This document shows, piece by piece, positions 35,844 through 41,283 of a stretch of 41,283 nt of DNA (the first letter of the stretch is position 1; every line of letters begins with the position of its first letter). Under the pieces are notes generated by a model. The model did not search any database. It saw nothing but the letters and a program-made list of their open reading frames with translations, and was not told the DNA's origin. Source of the DNA: a bacterium. Lineage in GTDB: Bacteria > Patescibacteriota > Minisyncoccia > Phycocordibacterales > UBA9973. Position numbers and translations under genes: made by a program. The stretch is from positions 1 through 41,283 of the forward strand of contig JBBCGN010000003.1 of assembly GCA_037200905.1 (NCBI GenBank), in the 5' to 3' direction.

Positions 35844-36713
35844 ATGGCAATGCGAGAATTGAAAATCAGCAAATCCATCACCAACCGCGATAGCCGCAGC
35901 ACGGAAAAATTCTTTCAGGAAATGGCGAAAGAAACGCTCCTGACGCCGGACGAAGAAGTAGTCATCGCCCAGCGCATCAAGATGGGAGACCAAAAGGCTC
36001 TCGACAGGCTCATCCGGGCAAACTTGCGTTTCGTGGTGTCCGTAGCGAAGCAGTACCAGAATCAGGGACTGGGACTCAACGACCTCATCAACGAGGGCAA
36101 TGTGGGCCTCATAGTCGCGGCGCACCGCTTTGACGAGACAAAGGGATTCAAATTCATCTCATATGCCGTCTGGTGGATCCGCCAGTCTATCCTGAAAGCC
36201 CTTGCGGAAGATGCGCGCATAGTTCAGCTTCCGCTGAACAAGGTCGCCCTCTCGAACGATTCGGCAAAAGCCCATCTGAAATTTTTGCAGGAGAACGAGC
36301 GCGACCCGACTTCGGAAGAACTGGCCGAACTCATCGGCGTAGAGCTAAGGGATATCCAGGATGCCATGTCGACCAGTATCAGGCACAAGTCGCTCGACGA
36401 GCCGGTGCACGAGGGCGAAGACCTCACGCTCGGCGACAACCTGGAGAACGGCGAACGCTCCGATACGGAACTCGACCATCATGAATCGCTCCGCATCGAG
36501 GTACAGATGGCGTTCAGGCGCCTCACGCCGAGGCAGGCTGAAGTCCTCGCTGATTTCTTCGGCATCAATGAAAAGAGAGAGGCGTTCAGCCTCGAGGCCA
36601 TCGCGGGAAAATACGGCTTGGGCAGAGAACGGGTGCGGCAGATAAAGGAACGGGCGATCGAAAAACTTCGAAAATCGAGAGCCGGCCAAAGGCTCGCGGA
36701 ATATCTGGGCTGA
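35844..36713 (+). CDS. RpoD/SigA-family sigma-70 factor, Bacteroidota-type (no region 1.1), copy 2
   Basis: MRELKISKSITNRDS, ANLRFVVSVAKQYQNQGL, FDETKGFKFISYAVWWIRQSIL, RERVRQIKE, C-terminal YLG. Confidence 0.93.
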   Translation: MAMRELKISKSITNRDSRSTEKFFQEMAKETLLTPDEEVVIAQRIKMGDQKALDRLIRANLRFVVSVAKQYQNQGLGLNDLINEGNVGLIVAAHRFDETKGFKFISYAVWWIRQSILKALAEDARIVQLPLNKVALSNDSAKAHLKFLQENERDPTSEELAELIGVELRDIQDAMSTSIRHKSLDEPVHEGEDLTLGDNLENGERSDTELDHHESLRIEVQMAFRRLTPRQAEVLADFFGINEKREAFSLEAIAGKYGLGRERVRQIKERAIEKLRKSRAGQRLAEYLG

Positions 36714-36725
36714 ACCGCCTGCTCG

Positions 36726-36760
36726 AATCCGGAATGTGAAAACATTCCGGATTTTTTATT
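36726..36760 (+). terminator. Intrinsic terminator
   Basis: Perfect 12-bp stem AATCCGGAATGT/ACATTCCGGATT, GAAA loop, T-run. Confidence 0.85.
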
Positions 36761-36789
36761 TTGACATTATTAAAAATTTATGATATTAT
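36761..36789 (+). promoter_or_regulatory. Sigma70 promoter TTGACA-17-TATTAT (extended TG)
   Basis: Directly abuts the upstream terminator. Confidence 0.7.
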
Positions 36790-36822
36790 CATAAAAATTT
36801 TGTAACTTAAAAACCGAAAAAT

Positions 36823-38610
36823 ATGGGAAAACTCTTGGCTGTTTACTGGAAACACGCGAAAGGCATACAACGTTTTGCCTATTACACTATCTTCTTGCAT
36901 CTCTGCGCGTATACTCTGCAAGAGATTCTCCGGCCGTATGCGTTCAAGCGTATCATCGACGCCATCACCGGCACGAACGGCGCGGAACGGATACTCTACC
37001 TCGTGCTCACTCTATGCGCGGTACAGGTCGTAGCGCAAGTTTGCTTTCGTATAGGAGAACTCTATACCTGCAAATTCGAATTGCGCCATATGAAAATATT
37101 GCGTAATGCCGTATTGACGCACCTTCTGCGGCACTCCAGCGCATTCTTTGCAGGCAGGCAGACGGGCGCCATCGTTACGAAACAAAAGCGTTTCGTCTCA
37201 TCAGCCGAAGCACTGTTCGACCTGGTTGTTGATCAGTATGTGATCCTCGTCGTGCAGGTCGTTGGCATTGTTGCCGTCCTATGCTTCATCTCCCTGCCGA
37301 TCGCATTCGGGATGCTGGTGTGGATGCTGCTGTACTTCGGCTATATCGCGCTTTTTCTCAAGAAACGCATGAGGCTCGACACGGAAGCCGCCGAACAGGA
37401 CTCGAGAGTGACGGGAATGTTCGCCGATATCATCGGCAATATTTCAATCGTCAAGATGTTCGGCACTAGCCGCCGCGAAAGAAAACGCTTTGAGGAAGCC
37501 ACTGTACGGCAGCATAATGCCATCCAGCTATCCTGGAATTTTGCCATCAGGCAGAGTCTGATTCATGGCTTTCTTTCCATCCTCCTGACTGCCGGCGGCA
37601 TTTCTGCAGGGGTCTTCTTGTGGACCAAGAACATGCTCACGCCGGGAGAACTGGTATTGATCAGCATGTACACCGCGCAGTTCTCGAACTGCTTGGGAAA
37701 CTTCAGCAAGAGCGTGCGGAAATACATCCAGGCTGTCGCCGATGCCCAAGAGATGCTCGAGATCATCGAGCAGACTCCGGATATTCTTGACGCTCCCGGC
37801 GCCATCGCTGACCCGAGACTAGAACCTCGACAAGCATCAGTAGCCTTTCACAATGTCACATTCGGCTACATTCCAGGCACTACCGTTTTCAAAGATTTTT
37901 CTTTGCATATTCCTGCAAGGCAGAAAATCGCCGTCGTCGGTTCGTCCGGTGCAGGAAAAACTACGTTGATACAAATGCTATTGCGCAACGTAGACATTCA
38001 AAACGGATCGATCAACATCGGGCACTACAACATTGCGAAAGATGTGACCCAGGACGGATTGAAATCCCTGATCTCGTGCGTATCGCAGAACATCGACATG
38101 TTCAACCGCAATATCAAGAGCAATATTGGTTACGGCAAGGAAGAAGCAACTGAAGAAGAAATCACTGATGCCGCAAAACGCGCCCGCATCCACGGCTTCA
38201 TCGAAACCCTGGATAAGGGCTATCTGACAAAAGTCGGAGAACGCGGCATAAAGCTCTCGGGCGGACAGCGACAGCGCGTCGCCATCGCGAGAGCCCTGGT
38301 GCACAATGCGCCTATCCTGATCTTTGATGAAGCCACTTCATCGCTCGACAACATAACGGAAAAAGAAATCCAATCCATACTCGAGAACGGATTGAAAGAC
38401 AAGACCGTTATCGTCATCGCGCACCGGCTGTCCACCATAAAAAACTGCGACAGGATACTGGTACTCGACGATGGCAAGATCATCCAGGACGGCAGTCATG
38501 AAACATTGCTGAAAGATACAAACGGCATGTATTACAAGATGCAGCATTCGCACGAAATAGCGGTGCAGATGCATGTGCAGGAAGAGATTCCAGCAGAGTC
38601 AAAAAATTAA
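36823..38610 (+). CDS. ABC exporter, fused permease/ATPase (ABCB/MsbA-like)
   Basis: N-terminal TMD, Walker A GSSGAGKT, LSGGQRQR, IFDEATSSLD, IAHRLST. Confidence 0.93.
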   Translation: MGKLLAVYWKHAKGIQRFAYYTIFLHLCAYTLQEILRPYAFKRIIDAITGTNGAERILYLVLTLCAVQVVAQVCFRIGELYTCKFELRHMKILRNAVLTHLLRHSSAFFAGRQTGAIVTKQKRFVSSAEALFDLVVDQYVILVVQVVGIVAVLCFISLPIAFGMLVWMLLYFGYIALFLKKRMRLDTEAAEQDSRVTGMFADIIGNISIVKMFGTSRRERKRFEEATVRQHNAIQLSWNFAIRQSLIHGFLSILLTAGGISAGVFLWTKNMLTPGELVLISMYTAQFSNCLGNFSKSVRKYIQAVADAQEMLEIIEQTPDILDAPGAIADPRLEPRQASVAFHNVTFGYIPGTTVFKDFSLHIPARQKIAVVGSSGAGKTTLIQMLLRNVDIQNGSINIGHYNIAKDVTQDGLKSLISCVSQNIDMFNRNIKSNIGYGKEEATEEEITDAAKRARIHGFIETLDKGYLTKVGERGIKLSGGQRQRVAIARALVHNAPILIFDEATSSLDNITEKEIQSILENGLKDKTVIVIAHRLSTIKNCDRILVLDDGKIIQDGSHETLLKDTNGMYYKMQHSHEIAVQMHVQEEIPAESKN

Positions 38611-38617
38611 AAAAATC

Positions 38618-38656
38618 AAAACCGGCCCACTCTCTATAGTGGCCGGTTTTTCTATT
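38618..38656 (+). terminator. Intrinsic terminator
   Basis: AAAACCGGCC/GGCCGGTTTT stem followed by Ts. Confidence 0.75.
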
Positions 38657-38686
38657 TCAGCCTTACTTATATAGGTCAAAATTCTA

Positions 38687-38715
38687 TTGACTTTTTTATT
38701 AAAAGGTGATATAAT
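38687..38715 (+). promoter_or_regulatory. Sigma70 promoter TTGACT-17-TATAAT (extended TG)
   Basis: Near-consensus elements with ideal spacing. Confidence 0.75.
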
Positions 38716-38836
38716 ATGCACATAGGTCCCTGCTCCTCGATGCAGGTATAGCGAGAATGAAGAAACTCGCAGAACGCCCATAACGGGAATTTAAAATAAT
38801 TTCGGCATCGCACGTCGCGGTACAAATCTTTGAAAA

Positions 38837-39469
38837 ATGAAAAAGTTATCAACTGTCAACAAGATTGGTCAGGCAGCATTGACTCACCTCTTCAGACCAC
38901 ACAGCACTGTAAACGCTATGGAACAAAGCGTGGTATCGGTATCTTTTCCGAAAGAAGAGTTCGATTTAGAAGCTGATCTGAAAGCCAATCGCCACCTCAG
39001 CAACAAGTTTGGTATTAACTCAAACTATGGTCGCAGCTATCAGGTGTGGGGCATTGAAATTGGCCGTCGTTTCCTCGCTAAGGTTTTCGATGGCGATACT
39101 GCACTTGATGCAGTCGCCAGGCTAAAATGCTTGTTACGGATGGGTATAGACGTACCTTCTCACTTCATCGTTCGTGAATGGTCTTCAAATGATATTTCAG
39201 GAGACAACGAGAGATACACGGTATATCGTCTTTCTCAAAAACAGGAAGCTGATGTAAAGAGGTATGTCGATATCAGAGCACGTGTCTATGAAAATGTAAC
39301 GGTTGAACCTATGCCTTCATATTTAAACCATAGAGAAGGACATAATTTCTTTTCCGAAATCCAATATGGCGGATGGGAACTGAGCGGTTCTGGCGTTACC
39401 GAAGAAGAAGCCAAGGAAGACGTAATCCGAAGATGGTGTAAGGTTGTACAACCTGTTCAATCAGCGTAA
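38837..39469 (+). CDS. Hypothetical protein
   Basis: 210-aa ORF bounded by its own promoter and terminator. Confidence 0.7.
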   Translation: MKKLSTVNKIGQAALTHLFRPHSTVNAMEQSVVSVSFPKEEFDLEADLKANRHLSNKFGINSNYGRSYQVWGIEIGRRFLAKVFDGDTALDAVARLKCLLRMGIDVPSHFIVREWSSNDISGDNERYTVYRLSQKQEADVKRYVDIRARVYENVTVEPMPSYLNHREGHNFFSEIQYGGWELSGSGVTEEEAKEDVIRRWCKVVQPVQSA

Positions 39470-39477
39470 TGAATTAT

Positions 39478-39516
39478 TAGCCCGTATCTCAAAAGGATAC
39501 GGGCTATTTTATTTTT
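39478..39516 (+). terminator. Intrinsic terminator
   Basis: TAGCCCGTATC/GATACGGGCTA stem followed by TTTTATTTTT. Confidence 0.8.
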
Positions 39517-40517
39517 CTAGACCAAAAATTCTATGACATCGCCGTCTTGGACGATATATTCTTTGCCTTCCGTGCGTATCCAGCCGCGCTCGCGAGCTGC
39601 GCCGCGAGAGCCGGCTTCGATGAGCTTGTCCCAAGCTATCACTTCCGCACGGATAAATTTATTTTTGAAATCTTCATGAATGGCGCGGCCAGCCTCAGGG
39701 GCTGTACTGCCGATAGCTACAGTCCAGGCGCGGGTCTCGTCCTCGCCTGTTGTGAAATATGTCTCGAGTGAGAGCAGTTTGTAGCTTTCTTTTATCAGGT
39801 CATCGAGCCCGGTCTCGAACACCGGATCGATCTTTACATAGGCACCGGGAATTTTTGAAATAATTCCGTCGACGACATTTTCATTCGCAGCCGAAACATT
39901 TAAACCATAAAGGACTGGTTTCGCAGACAATAGATGCATGCCTTTGACGATTTTCTTTTCTTCTTCATCAAGTGCTACGGTGCTTGCCATTCTAGAATCC
40001 GCCAGTGCCGCTTCTATTCTTCTCAACACAGCATCTTCTTTAATTGCTTCCTTGTCGCCGCGCTTTACATCGCGCACGAGATTGCCTAATCGTTTGGTGA
40101 CGGTTTCCAAATCCGCCAGGATGAGTTCGAGATTGATGACTTCGATATCCTGCAGAGGATCGACTTTATTCGCCACATGGATGACATCCTTGTCCTCGAA
40201 GGTGCGCACCATGTGCAGGATAGCGTCCACTTCGCGGATATTCGAGAGAAACTTGTTGCCGAGGCCTTCGCCTTTCGAAGCCCCGGCCACGAGTCCCGCG
40301 ATGTCCACGAATTCGATGACTGCGGGAATGGTTTTCTTCGACTTAGAGAATTCGGAAAGTTTCTGCACGCGCTCGTCCGGCACCGGCACGATGCCCACTG
40401 ACGGATCGATGGTGCAGAACGGGTAATTTTCCGCCGGCACGCCTTTTTGGTAAGCGCGTTGAAGAGCGTGGACTTCCCCACGTTCGGCAGGCCCACGATT
40501 CCGATAGACAGCTGCAT
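39517..40517 (-). CDS. ychF: Redox-regulated ribosome-binding ATPase YchF (one indel near 40445)
   Basis: GIVGLPNVGKSTLFNAL in one frame; ENYPFCTIDP, DIAGLVAGASKGEGLGNKFL, EGKEYIVQDGD in the next. Confidence 0.95.
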
Positions 40518-40575
40518 AGAACACAAATATATCAGAATCGGGCCGAAAAGTCATATCGGCGCTTCTTTTTCCGGC

Positions 40576-41085
40576 CTATTGGTTGTAGAGCAGGCGGAGC
40601 TTTTCCAGGCCGCGGTGGAGCTGCACCGAAATGGTGTTCTTCGAGGCGCCGGTGGCGCTCGAGATCTCTTCAAGCGACAGGTCCTGCACGTATTTCATGC
40701 GCATGACCTTCTTGCATTTCTCGGGCAGGCGCGAGACGAGGCCGATGGCTTTCTTGCTGTCGAGCAGGTTGTATACTTCGGCAGGATCCCCGGCGGCCGG
40801 CTCAAAACCCTGTTCGAGCAGGGTATCGAGCGATGCCGACTTGTGCTTGCGGTACTGGTCGATGATGAGGTGGTTGAGGATGTGGTACAGGAAGGCTTTG
40901 ATCTTATAAATCTTTCCGCCCTTGACGAGGTAGTTCCACGTCTTGGTAAACGTGTCCTGGACGAGGTCGATGCTCGTCTCGATGCTGTTCACCTTGAAGA
41001 AGGCGTACGAGCGCAGGCCTTTCTCGTGCTCGCCGAATATCGTCTTGAACTCTTCTTCCAGCTTGTGTTGATTTTTTTTGGTCAT
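40576..41085 (-). CDS. ECF-subfamily RNA polymerase sigma factor
   Basis: DLVQDTFTKTW, KAFLYHILNHLIID, MKYVQDLSLEEIS, ISVQLHRGLEKLR. Confidence 0.92.
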   Translation of the reverse strand: MTKKNQHKLEEEFKTIFGEHEKGLRSYAFFKVNSIETSIDLVQDTFTKTWNYLVKGGKIYKIKAFLYHILNHLIIDQYRKHKSASLDTLLEQGFEPAAGDPAEVYNLLDSKKAIGLVSRLPEKCKKVMRMKYVQDLSLEEISSATGASKNTISVQLHRGLEKLRLLYNQ

Positions 41086-41111
41086 ATGTATGTGAGTTAA
41101 GATATATTAAA

Positions 41112-41159
41112 CTTAATCTTAACTTAATAAAGTGTAGACTCCTGTGCAGCTGAAGTCAA
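41112..41159 (-). promoter_or_regulatory. Sigma70 promoter TTGACT-17-TACACT followed by ATTAAG-N5-ATTAAG direct repeat
   Basis: -35 at 41154-41159, -10 at 41131-41136, half-sites at 41123-41128 and 41112-41117. Confidence 0.65.
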
Positions 41160-41266
41160 GCCTATGCAATATAAAATTGATATCAAACATGTGGATAGTC
41201 TGTGAATACATATTAATGTATTGTTAATATTAACTATATTTTGCTATTGCAGAGAGTGTCTTCGCA

Positions 41267-41275
41267 TGCTATAGT
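41267..41275 (+). promoter_or_regulatory. Extended -10 TGCTATAGT pointing off the window end
   Basis: Same motif that precedes leaderless genes; it lies 8 nt before ATG at position 1 if the sequence is circular. Confidence 0.6.
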
Positions 41276-41283
41276 GCTTTCAT

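Noticed and set aside
36711-36713. Alternative genetic code (TGA read as Gly, as in Gracilibacteria/Absconditabacteria)
   Set aside because: TGA ends conserved proteins at their expected C-termini (sigma copy 2, lepA, pth) and long genes have no in-frame TGA
38721-38790. Known riboswitch or hammerhead ribozyme
   Set aside because: No CTGATGA core or recognisable aptamer consensus; kept only as an unknown structured leader
1-41283. Plasmid or phage replicon because of apparent circularity
   Set aside because: Content is chromosomal housekeeping; no rep/par/mob genes or iterons seen; the join breaks two genes
41269-41283. Terminal CAT as the start of a minus-strand gene
   Set aside because: Reads MKAL then stop

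Overview
A 41.3-kb stretch that reads as chromosome of a Patescibacteria (CPR), probably Parcubacteria. The taxonomy is inferred from gene content and order, small CPR-type proteins and promoter style. The GC-rich housekeeping backbone carries an OmpR-family response regulator with a soluble histidine kinase, a pentose-phosphate/glycolysis cluster (pfkB kinase, split transketolase, rpe, rpiB, gap), dnaE, pth, lepB, a truncated hisS, tRNA-Arg(CCT), tRNA-Gly(CCC), a glutaredoxin, an ftsB-like gene, lepA, murJ, leuS, an RlmI-like methyltransferase and ychF. AT-richer orphan genes with their own promoter and terminator are interspersed. About 11-25.5 kb is full of single-base indels that look like uncorrected long-read errors. 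Two genes are cut off head-on at ~20903, and the last bases of the window form a promoter that fits the ATG at position 1. Together these suggest a circularised, rotated contig with its join at ~20903. The main leads are: two tandem Bacteroidota-type primary sigma-70 factors; a methyltransferase-fold protein with a sigma-54 Region I-like N-terminus inserted into the two-component pair; a 118-bp TIR element inserted in frame at the rpiB start codon; an intact Nudix domain inside LeuRS; widespread leaderless promoters; a shared direct-repeat box linking the response regulator to an ECF sigma; and two candidate structured RNAs. All family assignments come from motif recognition by eye, with no database searches.
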